Assembly (NCBI GenBank): GCA_003162255.1
Contig: PMMJ01000394.1
Coordinates: 6,290-46,874 of the forward strand
Reading direction: 5' to 3'
DNA length: 40,585 bases
Source of the DNA: Acidobacteriaceae bacterium
Lineage (GTDB): Bacteria > Acidobacteriota > Terriglobia > Terriglobales > Acidobacteriaceae
A model generated the notes under the pieces. It was not told the DNA's origin. It worked only from the letters and a program-made list of their open reading frames with translations, and did not search any database. Position 1 is the stretch's first letter. Each line of letters opens with the position of its first letter. Below, piece by piece: positions 24,297 through 32,847 of the stretch. A program made the translations under genes and the position numbers.

Positions 24297-24896
24297 CTAT
24301 CGCGCCGGTCGCGCCGCCTGCGCCAGCCATAGAATACCGCAGATTGTCTTGGCGTCGCGGATGCGCCCATTGATGGCCATCCGTTTCGCCTCCGATAATT
24401 TGAAGAACTTGGTCGCGATCCGCTCGTCCGCCTCGGGCTGAGCTTCGCCGGCCTGGAGGCCCCGGGCGACGTAGATGGTCATGGTTTCGTCGAGGAAACC
24501 AGGGCTCACGTAGAAATGCAGGATTCGGTTCCACTGGCGGGCGCTGTAGCCGGTTTCCTCGAGCAACTCGCGCTTCGCCGCGGTCAGCGCCGTTTCGCCA
24601 TCGTCGATGCGTCCGGCGGGCAGTTCCCACATCATCGACTGCGCGGCGTGGCGATACTGGCGCTCGAGCAGGACGCGCGGCTCGCCTTTTTTGGCTTTGG
24701 CCGCATCATCGGAGACTGGATCGTCGACCGCCAGAACCACTATAGAGCCAAAATGCCGTATGACATCGCGCCGGGCGCGCACGCCTCCCGGCTCTTCCAC
24801 CTCATCCGTGGTGACGCTGAACACCGGGCCCCGATAACTGACCCGGGAAGAAAGGACGCAGGCTTGCTTGGATTTCTTTCCTGCCGATTTCGCCAT
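24297..24896 (-). CDS. NUDIX hydrolase (ADP-ribose pyrophosphatase-like)
   Basis: The Nudix box GRIDDGETALTAAKRELLEETGY is present. The N-terminal region (YRGPVFSVTTDEVEEPGG) is typical of NudF/ADPRase-like enzymes. Confidence 0.85.
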   Translation of the reverse strand: MAKSAGKKSKQACVLSSRVSYRGPVFSVTTDEVEEPGGVRARRDVIRHFGSIVVLAVDDPVSDDAAKAKKGEPRVLLERQYRHAAQSMMWELPAGRIDDGETALTAAKRELLEETGYSARQWNRILHFYVSPGFLDETMTIYVARGLQAGEAQPEADERIATKFFKLSEAKRMAINGRIRDAKTICGILWLAQAARPAR

Positions 24897-24980
24897 GATA
24901 ACAATATAAGGTATGCTGCGCCGTTGAGCCTAAAACCGATTGCTGGAAAAACCTATGACCATGACCTCGCGATGAGTCAT

Positions 24981-25031
24981 ACGATGGAGCGACGGGCGTC
25001 TCGCCCGTCCAGCCGGGCGGGGACGCCCGGC
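24981..25031 (+). repeat. REP-like GC-rich double-hairpin element, copy B
   Basis: Hairpin 1 is GACGGGCG-TCT-CGCCCGTC (24991-25009). Hairpin 2 is GCCGGGCG-GGGA-CGCCCGGC (25012-25031). Both lie in the divergent intergenic region between the NUDIX and DUF2520 genes. Confidence 0.65.
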
Positions 25032-25086
25032 GCTCCACCGGCATTCCCAAGTCGACGCTTGCAGCCATCACTCGGTCGCGGTATCA

Positions 25087-26001
25087 ATGACCAGAGAACC
25101 GATGCCCAAAAACGAGAAAACCCTCAGGAAGCCCACCGTCGCCATCGTCGGGGCCGGCAGCCTGGCGACTTTTCTGGCCATGGCGCTGCGCGATGCCGGC
25201 TTCAGCATTGCCGAGATCGTTACCCGCGACTTGCCGCGGTCGCTTCGTAGAGCGCGTCTGCTTGCCGCGAAGGTGGGCGCGCAGGCAGTCACTGCACATT
25301 CCGCCGCGCTCGACGCCACCTTGCTGTGGTTCTGCGTACCCGACCGTGAGATTCACGACGCGGCTTCGGTTCTGGCGGATCACATCGTTGCTCGTGTGCT
25401 TGTTCACCAAAAAGCTATACCCCGTTTCGCCCTGCACTCCAGCGGAGCGCTCCTCAGCCGCGAACTTGATCCCTTGCGCCGGGCAGGCGTCGCCGTCGCG
25501 TCGGTGCATCCACTGATGACCTTCGTTGCCGGCGCGCGCCCTTCTTTGCAGGGAGTGCCTTTTGCCCTGGAAGGCGACGGCGCGGCATTGCGAGTGGCGC
25601 GCCGGATCGTCCGCGAACTGGGCGCTGAAAGTTTTTCCTTGCCCGCGTCGCGCAAAGCGGCGTACCACGCGTGGGCCACTTTGACCTCGCCGCTGCTGCT
25701 GGCGTTCCTGGTGACACTGGAAGAAGCGGCTCGCGCCGCCGGACTCACGCGCGAGGATGCGCGTCGCAAGAGCCTGCCCATTATCAAGCAGACTTTAGCG
25801 AATTACTCACGCCTCGGTTCGGCACGGTCTTTCAGCGGCCCGCTGATTCGCGGAGACGCGGAGACGGTGGCAAAACACCTGTCCGCGCTGAAGAAGCACC
25901 CTGGAGCGCGCGAAGTTTATGTGGTTCTGGCCCGAGCCGCCCTGCGCGGCCTGCCGGTGAAAAATCGGGATGGACTAAGCCCGTTGCTGCGGGCGCTTTA
26001 A
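25087..26001 (+). CDS. Rossmann-like / DUF2520 domain-containing putative oxidoreductase
   Basis: N-terminal dinucleotide-binding motif VAIVGAGSLATFLAMAL. Overall length and C-terminal half resemble DUF2520 proteins. An alternative ATG is at 25102. Confidence 0.65.
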   Translation: MTREPMPKNEKTLRKPTVAIVGAGSLATFLAMALRDAGFSIAEIVTRDLPRSLRRARLLAAKVGAQAVTAHSAALDATLLWFCVPDREIHDAASVLADHIVARVLVHQKAIPRFALHSSGALLSRELDPLRRAGVAVASVHPLMTFVAGARPSLQGVPFALEGDGAALRVARRIVRELGAESFSLPASRKAAYHAWATLTSPLLLAFLVTLEEAARAAGLTREDARRKSLPIIKQTLANYSRLGSARSFSGPLIRGDAETVAKHLSALKKHPGAREVYVVLARAALRGLPVKNRDGLSPLLRAL

Positions 26002-26012
26002 TGCCCGATCCC

Positions 26013-26645
26013 TTAATGCTGCCCCTTGCGATTGCTGAACAGATGCCCCAGCTTCTCCTGCTTTGTCTTCAAGTATTCTTCCGTATGCTCGGTGGGCGCA
26101 ACTTCGCAGGGCACGCGCTCAGTCACTTGGATGCCGGCGCGTTGGAGCGCGGCGACTTTGTCGGGATTGTTCGAGAGCAAGCGCACCCGCTGAATGTCGA
26201 GCGCCTTCAGGATCTCGACCGGCATGAGAAACTCGCGGTGGTCGGCTCTGAAACCCAGGCGTTCATTCGCTTCCACCGTATCCAGCCCGCTGTCCTGAAG
26301 CGCGTAAGCCTGCAGTTTCGCCATCAGTCCAATGCCGCGCCCCTCCTGCTGTTCATAGATCAGGACGCCGGCCCCTAATTCGGCGATCATGGCGAGCGCC
26401 ATTTCCAGTTGCTGGCGGCAATCGCAACGCAGCGAGCCAAATACGTCGCCCGTCAGACACTGCGAATGGATCCGCACCAGCGGCGAGCCGGAGTGCACCT
26501 CGCCCATTACCAGCGCCACCGCCTCTTCGGTCTTGGCGCCATCGCCCGATGCCGATGCCCTGGTCGTAAATCCGTGAATCAGGAAATGCCCCCAGCGTGT
26601 CGGGAAGTCGGCGGACGCCACTTGTTTTACCTTTGAAGAACTCAC
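26013..26645 (-). CDS. ribA: GTP cyclohydrolase II
   Basis: RIHSQCLTGDVFGSLRCDCRQQLE...YEQQEGRGIGL...LQDSGLDTVEAN...RLLSNNPDK is classic RibA. The start is ambiguous: in-frame GTG codons occur at 26729, 26645 and 26621. Comparison with the E. coli RibA N-terminus (remembered) favours 26645 or 26621. Confidence 0.85.
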   Translation of the reverse strand: MSSSKVKQVASADFPTRWGHFLIHGFTTRASASGDGAKTEEAVALVMGEVHSGSPLVRIHSQCLTGDVFGSLRCDCRQQLEMALAMIAELGAGVLIYEQQEGRGIGLMAKLQAYALQDSGLDTVEANERLGFRADHREFLMPVEILKALDIQRVRLLSNNPDKVAALQRAGIQVTERVPCEVAPTEHTEEYLKTKQEKLGHLFSNRKGQH

Positions 26646-26803
26646 CAGTAAATTATAGCCTTCGATTTCGGGTGCGCGCCGCTGCGACGCTCCGAGACAG
26701 GGGCTGTGCTTGCGGCGTGCGGCCGACACGATTTCAAAATCGCGTGTGTAGGCGGAATCGGGCGACGGCTGATAAAATCAAAAAAGTAAACCCACCGTCG
26801 TGT

Positions 26804-26879
26804 GGGGCTATAGCTCAGCTGGGAGAGCGCATCGTTCGCAACGATGAGGTCGTCGGTTCGAGCCCGACTAGCTCCACCA
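26804..26879 (+). tRNA. tRNA-Ala (anticodon CGC)
   Basis: A manual cloverleaf fits. The acceptor GGGGCTA/TAGCTCC carries the G3:U70 alanine identity pair. The D arm is GCTC/GAGC, the anticodon stem CATCG/CGATG with loop TTCGCAA, and the T arm GTCGG-TTCGAGC-CCGAC. CCA is encoded. Confidence 0.9.
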
Positions 26880-27092
26880 AATAAATCAACGATAAAGTCA
26901 ATGCACCATTTTCGTTTGGCCCGCTGCACATTCCAGTTGGCGCCGTAGGACCACATGCTCGAAATCGGAACTGCCTGGCGTGTTTCGCGGCTCACGCGGC
27001 CGAAAGCTACGGGTGCCGGATTGCACGTGACTGCGTGCCGCGCGGGACATTTCGTCGCGCAACGACCTTTCCCTCTGGTACCCTCATAAACT

Positions 27093-28844
27093 ATGCGCCT
27101 TCACCATAGCCTGTTTTTTTTGCTCGCCGTAGCCGGTTGCGTTTTCGCCCAAAACCTTAAGCCAGTTGCCGACCGGCTTGCCGCTCAGAACGCCCTTTTC
27201 GAAGAGCAGTACGAGTCCGATCTCCGCAACTTTCCCGAGCGCGCCACCGCCTTTGGCGACTATCGCTACAACGACCAGCTCGCCGAGTACTCGCTCGAAG
27301 CCATTGCCCAGCGCCACAAGGCCGACGAGGCCTTCCTGGCGCGGCTGGAAGCCATCCCCAGCACTGGCTTCTCCGACCAGGACCAGCTCTCTCACGACCT
27401 CCTCATCCGCGTTCTGAAGCAGCGGATCGCCGACTTCGATCTCAAAGAGTACGAGATGCCAATCAACCAGCAGAATGGCATTCATACCGGACTCGCCGAT
27501 CTACCGCTGTCGGTTCCTCTCGATTCGGTCAAGCACTACGAAGACTATGTCGCCCGTCTTCATCAGATCCCGCGCGTTCTCGGCCAGACCACCGAAGTGC
27601 TTCGCGCTGGCATGAAGGACAAGCTCATGCCCGTTCGATTCCTGCTGGAAAAACTTCCCGTCCAGTGTCAGGGCATCATCGACGCGGACCCTTTTCTCAT
27701 CCCGACAAAGAAATATCCGGCGAGCATCTCCGCAGAAGACCAGAAGCGTCTAACCCAGCAGATCACAGACGCGATCAATAGCGACGTGATCCCCGCCTAC
27801 AACACTTTCGCCGCCTTCCTGCGCACGGAATACGCCCCCGCAGGCCGTACTACGCTCTCGATTACGTCTCTGGCAGATGGCGAGAAGCGCTACCAGAACG
27901 ACATCTACGCCCGGACCACCACCCGCATGACGCCGGACGAGATACACCAACTCGGTCTCCGCGAGATCGACCGCATTCAGGCGGAGATGACGGTTATCGC
28001 CAAGAAGGCGGGCTTCGCCGATCTTGATTCTTTCCGCGCCTCGCTCAAAACCAATCCCAAATACATTCCGACTTCTTCGGATCAGATCCTCGAAGATTTT
28101 CGCCACTACATCGCGCAGATGCAGCCGAAGCTGCCGCAGCTTTTCACCCTTCTTCCGAAGTCGCCGGTCACCGTTGAAGCCATACCTGCCTTCCAATCCG
28201 CTGCTGCCACCCACTACATGATCGGCACTGCGGACGGCAAACGCCCCGGCCGCGTGGTCGTTGCCACGTCCGACTTCGCTCAGCGCTCGCTCATTGACGA
28301 CGAGGCGATCGCCTACCACGAAGGTATTCCGGGACATCACATGCAGCTATCGGTGCAGCAGCAACTCACCGGTTTGCCCAAGTTCCGCCTCCATGGGCTC
28401 GGCTTCAACGCATACATCGAAGGCTGGGCCCTGTACGCGGAGCAACTCGGCAAAGAGGTCGGCTTCTACCAGGATCCAGTTTCGGACTACGGCCGCCTGT
28501 CTTCCGAGCTCTTCCGCGCCGTGCGTCTGGTCGTCGACACCGGAGTCCACTCCAAAGGATGGACGCGCGATCAAGTTGTGGACTTCATGCGCAAGTCCGG
28601 CGCGGTCGACGAGCCCACGATCCAGTCCGAGACCGACCGCTACATCGCGTGGCCCGCACAAGCCCTCAGTTACAAACTTGGCCAGCTGAAGTTCCGCGAA
28701 CTCCGGGAACGCGCCCAGAAAGAACTGGGCCCCAAGTTCGACATCCGCAGCTTCCACGACGAGATGCTCGACGGCGGAACCCTCCCCCTTGATCTTCTCG
28801 AGGCCCGCACCGACAAATGGATCGCAGAACAGAGATCGAAGTGA
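27093..28844 (+). CDS. DUF885 domain-containing protein (putative secreted metallopeptidase-like)
   Basis: Signal peptide present. The AYHEGIPGHHMQ motif, length and overall pattern are typical of DUF885. Confidence 0.8.
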   Translation: MRLHHSLFFLLAVAGCVFAQNLKPVADRLAAQNALFEEQYESDLRNFPERATAFGDYRYNDQLAEYSLEAIAQRHKADEAFLARLEAIPSTGFSDQDQLSHDLLIRVLKQRIADFDLKEYEMPINQQNGIHTGLADLPLSVPLDSVKHYEDYVARLHQIPRVLGQTTEVLRAGMKDKLMPVRFLLEKLPVQCQGIIDADPFLIPTKKYPASISAEDQKRLTQQITDAINSDVIPAYNTFAAFLRTEYAPAGRTTLSITSLADGEKRYQNDIYARTTTRMTPDEIHQLGLREIDRIQAEMTVIAKKAGFADLDSFRASLKTNPKYIPTSSDQILEDFRHYIAQMQPKLPQLFTLLPKSPVTVEAIPAFQSAAATHYMIGTADGKRPGRVVVATSDFAQRSLIDDEAIAYHEGIPGHHMQLSVQQQLTGLPKFRLHGLGFNAYIEGWALYAEQLGKEVGFYQDPVSDYGRLSSELFRAVRLVVDTGVHSKGWTRDQVVDFMRKSGAVDEPTIQSETDRYIAWPAQALSYKLGQLKFRELRERAQKELGPKFDIRSFHDEMLDGGTLPLDLLEARTDKWIAEQRSK

Positions 28845-28952
28845 CGGCTGCTGGGACGGCTTCTCAGTTTATGGAAGAGTGGCCGGGAATGGGCAATCGT
28901 CGCATCGGTGGCAACGCCATTTGTTGAGACTGTATATAATGACGCGCACGGC

Positions 28953-31634
28953 ATGGCCCTCACATCTGGCACGAAACTTGGTCCCTACGAAATTCAATCG
29001 CCGCTAGGCGCCGGCGGAATGGGTGAAGTTTATCGCGCGCGCGATACGCGATTGGGGCGGGATGTCGCCTTAAAGATTCTTCCGGAGTCTTTTGCCCTCG
29101 ACCCCGACCGCTTGCGCCGTTTCGAGCAGGAGGCGCGGGCAGTAGCCGCGCTGAACCATCCTAATATTCTCGCGGTGTTTGACATTGGCACCTACAACGA
29201 GGGCCAGCGCAACGGCTCGCCGTTTCTTGTCTCCGAACTTCTGGAGGGCGAGAGCCTGCGCACGACGCTGGATCGCGGGGCCGTGCCCCAGCGTAAGACG
29301 ATCGAGTATGGAGTACAGATAGCGCACGGGCTGGCGGCGGCGCATGAAAAGGGAATCGTCCACCGCGACCTGAAGCCGGAGAATATTTTCGTCACCAAAG
29401 ACGGGCGCATCAAGATTCTGGATTTCGGCTTGGCGAAGCTGGCGCAGAAAGCGGACGCGGACCCGGACGAACCCACGCTCACCAGTTCGCACACGGCAGC
29501 GGGCGTGGTCATGGGCACGGCGAGCTACATGGCGCCGGAGCAAGTACGCGGCGAGCCTGCCGATCCTCGCACCGATATTTTCGCGTTCGGCGCCGTGCTC
29601 TACGAAATGTTGTCCGGCGTGCGCGCCTTCCGCCGCGACACTGCCGCCGAAACGATGACCGCGGTTTTAAAGGACGATCCGCCGGAGTTGTCCGATCCCG
29701 GCCCTCTGGTCTCTCCCGCGCTTGAGCGCATTGTGCGCCGCTGTCTGGAGAAGAATCCGGAACAGCGCTTCCAGTCGGCGCGGGATCTGTCCTTTGCTCT
29801 GGGTGCGCTCTCTGGAACCGAAGCGAGCGGCGCCACGCGCATCGCGGCGGCGCCTCGCCGAGTTCCGCTGCTGCTCTGGCTTTCCGTCGCCCTGGCGCTG
29901 GTGGCCGTCGCCGGAGTCACGTGGTTGGTGGCGCGGCGTCCGGCGGCAACCGCGCTTATGCAGTTCGCCATTCCGGTTCCGGAAGAAATGAGCATTAGCC
30001 ACATGGCGCTGTCGCGCGATGGCTCCATGCTGGCGTTCGTGTCGCCGGAAGAAGAATCCGCGTTGCCCATGCTTTACGTGCAGCGCATCGGCTCGCCAAG
30101 CGTCACGCTTCTACCCGGCACGCAAGGCGCAAGTTATCCCTTCTGGTCGCCCGATGGCGCCAACGTCGGGTTTTTCGCCAACGGCAAACTGCTGAAAATT
30201 GCAATTGCAGGCGGTACGCCGCAAGTGCTGGCCAGCGTGTTGGCCGCCCGCGGCGGCAGTTGGAATAGCCGCGACGTCATCATTTACAGCCCCGATGCCG
30301 CCAGCGCGATCTGGCGCGTCAACGCCGATGGCAGCGGCGCGGCTGCCGTCACCCAGGACTTCCTTAACAACAGCCATAACCTCGTAACCCACCGTTGGCC
30401 CGTCTTTCTTCCCGATGGCAATCGGTTTTTATTCTGGGTGGGCGACTTCGGCAACGCCAAGGACGACCAGACCAGCGGCATTTACGTCAGCTCTCTCGAC
30501 GGCAAGGAGAGGCGCCTTGTTCTCCTCTGTCATTCGAGCTTTGGCTACGACTCCCACCGCTTGTATTATGTGGACGACCAGCGGCAGTTGATGAGCGTTG
30601 ACTTTGACGCTTCCGCCGCCAAAGTCTCGGGCCGCACCACCGCCGTAGCCAATGTCGTCGGCTTTCAACCCTCCACCTACTGGGCCGCCCTCGCCGTCGG
30701 CGGAAACGGTACGGTGATCTACAACACCGGCGTCGGGGCTGCGCTGTCGGCGCTCACCTGGATGGACCGGTCGGGCAAGGAACTGGGCCAGATCGGCGAT
30801 CCCGCCATCATGGCCAACCCGACGCTTTCGCCCGACGACAGCCGCGTTGCCGTGGACATCAGCGACCTGAAAGGTAATAGCGTAGATGTCTGGCTCTTGA
30901 GCACGAACGGCGCCGGCAATTCACGCTTCACCTTCGAGCCCGTGGAACAAGTTACCGGCGTCTGGTCGCGGGACGGAAGCACGCTCGCCTACCGCGCAGT
31001 TTTCAAGGGGGGCGCAACGCTATTCACCAAGCGGGCCAGTGGGCTGGAGCAGGAAAAGCCGCTGCTGCAGAGCCAAGTCAAGGATGACCTTCTCCCTAAC
31101 TCATGGTCCGCTGACGGCCAGCAAATTCTCTGCGACGATCAGGCTCCAACGCACTCTTACCTGGCACTATTGCCCTCCGCGGGCGGGTCGCCCGTTCCAT
31201 TTCTAAGCAACAAAGCCAACGAGAATAATGGACAGATCTCTCCCGATGGAAAGTGGGTGGCGTATGCCTCCGATGAGTCTGGCATCTGGGAGATTTACGT
31301 TACCTCGTTTCCCGCCGCTGCTGGAAAGTGGCAAGTATCGCGCGGCGGCGGCACCGAACCGCGCTGGCGTGGAGACAGCAAAGAAATTTTCTATATCGGA
31401 CCTGGCGGCAAGTTGATGGCTGTGCCCGTAAACAGTGGAAGTGTGTTCGCGACCGGCACGCCCGCGCCTCTATTCCAGATTCGCGGCCGCGCGCCGATTT
31501 CCAGCACCGACATTTTTACTTATGACGTCGCCAAAGATGGCAAGCGCTTCCTGGTGAACCGTTACGTGAAACCCGAACACGTCGCGCCCTTGACCATCTT
31601 GCTGCAGACCACGGCCGACAATCCATCCCCTTAG
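28953..31634 (+). CDS. Serine/threonine protein kinase with one TM segment and a C-terminal TolB-like beta-propeller
   Basis: Kinase motifs are GAGGMGEVYRA, VALK, HRDLKPENIF, DFGLAK and APE. The TM segment is LLLWLSVALALVAVAGVTWLV. Repeated S/W-x-DG blades follow (WSPDGANVGF, LSPDDSRVAV, WSRDGSTLAY, ISPDGKWVAY...). ATG at 28953 is preferred over GTG at 28908. Confidence 0.9.
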   Translation: MALTSGTKLGPYEIQSPLGAGGMGEVYRARDTRLGRDVALKILPESFALDPDRLRRFEQEARAVAALNHPNILAVFDIGTYNEGQRNGSPFLVSELLEGESLRTTLDRGAVPQRKTIEYGVQIAHGLAAAHEKGIVHRDLKPENIFVTKDGRIKILDFGLAKLAQKADADPDEPTLTSSHTAAGVVMGTASYMAPEQVRGEPADPRTDIFAFGAVLYEMLSGVRAFRRDTAAETMTAVLKDDPPELSDPGPLVSPALERIVRRCLEKNPEQRFQSARDLSFALGALSGTEASGATRIAAAPRRVPLLLWLSVALALVAVAGVTWLVARRPAATALMQFAIPVPEEMSISHMALSRDGSMLAFVSPEEESALPMLYVQRIGSPSVTLLPGTQGASYPFWSPDGANVGFFANGKLLKIAIAGGTPQVLASVLAARGGSWNSRDVIIYSPDAASAIWRVNADGSGAAAVTQDFLNNSHNLVTHRWPVFLPDGNRFLFWVGDFGNAKDDQTSGIYVSSLDGKERRLVLLCHSSFGYDSHRLYYVDDQRQLMSVDFDASAAKVSGRTTAVANVVGFQPSTYWAALAVGGNGTVIYNTGVGAALSALTWMDRSGKELGQIGDPAIMANPTLSPDDSRVAVDISDLKGNSVDVWLLSTNGAGNSRFTFEPVEQVTGVWSRDGSTLAYRAVFKGGATLFTKRASGLEQEKPLLQSQVKDDLLPNSWSADGQQILCDDQAPTHSYLALLPSAGGSPVPFLSNKANENNGQISPDGKWVAYASDESGIWEIYVTSFPAAAGKWQVSRGGGTEPRWRGDSKEIFYIGPGGKLMAVPVNSGSVFATGTPAPLFQIRGRAPISSTDIFTYDVAKDGKRFLVNRYVKPEHVAPLTILLQTTADNPSP

Positions 31635-31671
31635 GCCGGAGACCGCGTCCGGACAGTTTTACCCGCTGAGC

Positions 31672-32847
31672 TCAGAGTTCGCGCAGGGCGACTGCAATCC
31701 GGGCGCGCGCCGCGCGAACTGCCGGCGGAACGCCACCCAGCAATCCCATGAAGAGCGCAAATATCAGTCCACCCGCCAACAGCGCTGGAGTCACACGAAA
31801 CGCGAACGCAAGGTGAGAAAAGGTTTGCCAGTTCATTGTCCCGGTGGTCAGGCCGTTGAGCGGAAGTATGCAAATACACCCGAGCAGTCCGCCCACCAGC
31901 GCGATGCAGAGCGACTCAAAAACGAAAGACGTCACTACGCTGCCCGTGCCGAAACCCAAGGCGCGCATGGTGGCGATTTCGCGCGAGCGTTCGGCCACCG
32001 CCGAATACATCGTGTTGAGCGCCCCTAGCACGGCTCCGACGCCCATGACCAGAGCAACCATGGTGCCAAGCACTTGGATCAGCCTCGTGATCGCTTGCGA
32101 TTGCTTCTCGTAGTAATCAAGTTCCCGGCTAGCCTGCAGCGTAACCCGAGGATCAGAAGTAAGTGCGTCCTTAAAGCCGGTAAACGCCTCGGGCTTCGTG
32201 AGCCGGGCGGTAACGGATTGAAAGACGTTCGGCGGCCGCTTGTAGACGTCGTCAAGAACGGTGGAGTCACACCAAATTTCCGAATCGAATGCGCTGCCGC
32301 CGGCGTCGAAGACTCCCACCACCGTCCACTCGCCCCCGCCGAACCTCACCTTGCTTCCCAGTTCGAAGCCGGAGTATGTTCCGGGCACATTCCTTCCTAC
32401 AACCAATTCATTCAGCCCCGGCTGAAAAAACCGTCCCGAAACCATCTTGGCTGAGTCGCGCACCTCCAGAGCTTTGGGCGAGACGCCCCGCACTTGAACG
32501 TTGGCATCGGTACCCGTCGCTTTCAAAGGGAAGTTGGCAATCACGACTACTTCGGGACTCACCAGCGGGCCCGACGCGTCACGCGCCACCCCTGGCTCAT
32601 CCTCGATTATGTGCACCTGGTCGAGGTTAATGGCGCTCTCCATTTCCGAGGTGGCGCCGCCGCGCAGCACAATTGCATTGCGCGGCGAACCCGACGAAAC
32701 CAGTGTCGTCTTGAAGCCTTTCGCCATCGACAACATGGCCACGAACACACCCACAGTGCCCGCAATACCCAGCACGGCCACCACGGTCGAGGTCCAGCGG
32801 ACCCGCAAACTGTTCAAGTTGTAACTCAGCGGGATCGCCATCTTCAC
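31672..32847 (-). CDS. ABC transporter permease, MacB/FtsX-like (second permease)
   Basis: N-terminal TM, a roughly 220-aa periplasmic domain and a C-terminal FtsX-type three-TM bundle. The GTG start overlaps the upstream stop (GTGA at 32844-32847). An alternative ATG is at 32839-32841. Confidence 0.85.
   Translation of the reverse strand: MKMAIPLSYNLNSLRVRWTSTVVAVLGIAGTVGVFVAMLSMAKGFKTTLVSSGSPRNAIVLRGGATSEMESAINLDQVHIIEDEPGVARDASGPLVSPEVVVIANFPLKATGTDANVQVRGVSPKALEVRDSAKMVSGRFFQPGLNELVVGRNVPGTYSGFELGSKVRFGGGEWTVVGVFDAGGSAFDSEIWCDSTVLDDVYKRPPNVFQSVTARLTKPEAFTGFKDALTSDPRVTLQASRELDYYEKQSQAITRLIQVLGTMVALVMGVGAVLGALNTMYSAVAERSREIATMRALGFGTGSVVTSFVFESLCIALVGGLLGCICILPLNGLTTGTMNWQTFSHLAFAFRVTPALLAGGLIFALFMGLLGGVPPAVRAARARIAVALREL

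Noticed and set aside
24954-24981. An inverted repeat TATGAC-N16-GTCATA between the NUDIX and DUF2520 genes, as a candidate operator.
   Set aside because: The 6-bp arms are short with a long spacer, which is easily produced by chance. It abuts the REP-like element and may be part of that element's flank.
26730-26803. An FMN riboswitch upstream of ribA.
   Set aside because: Only about 75-180 nt are available, depending on the start codon, before the oppositely oriented tRNA gene. I see no conserved FMN-aptamer-like helices.
26804-27092. The tRNA-Ala gene as a possible genomic-island integration site.
   Set aside because: There is no integrase or other mobility gene nearby, and I saw no direct repeat of the tRNA 3' end downstream. 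The flanking genes (ribA, DUF885) look like ordinary chromosomal genes.
27114-27121. T8 homopolymer tracts (here and at 488-495) as possible slipped-strand phase-variation switches.
   Set aside because: Both simply encode Phe-Phe(-Phe/Leu) runs in hydrophobic signal or TM segments. They are short for contingency loci, and nothing shows length variation.
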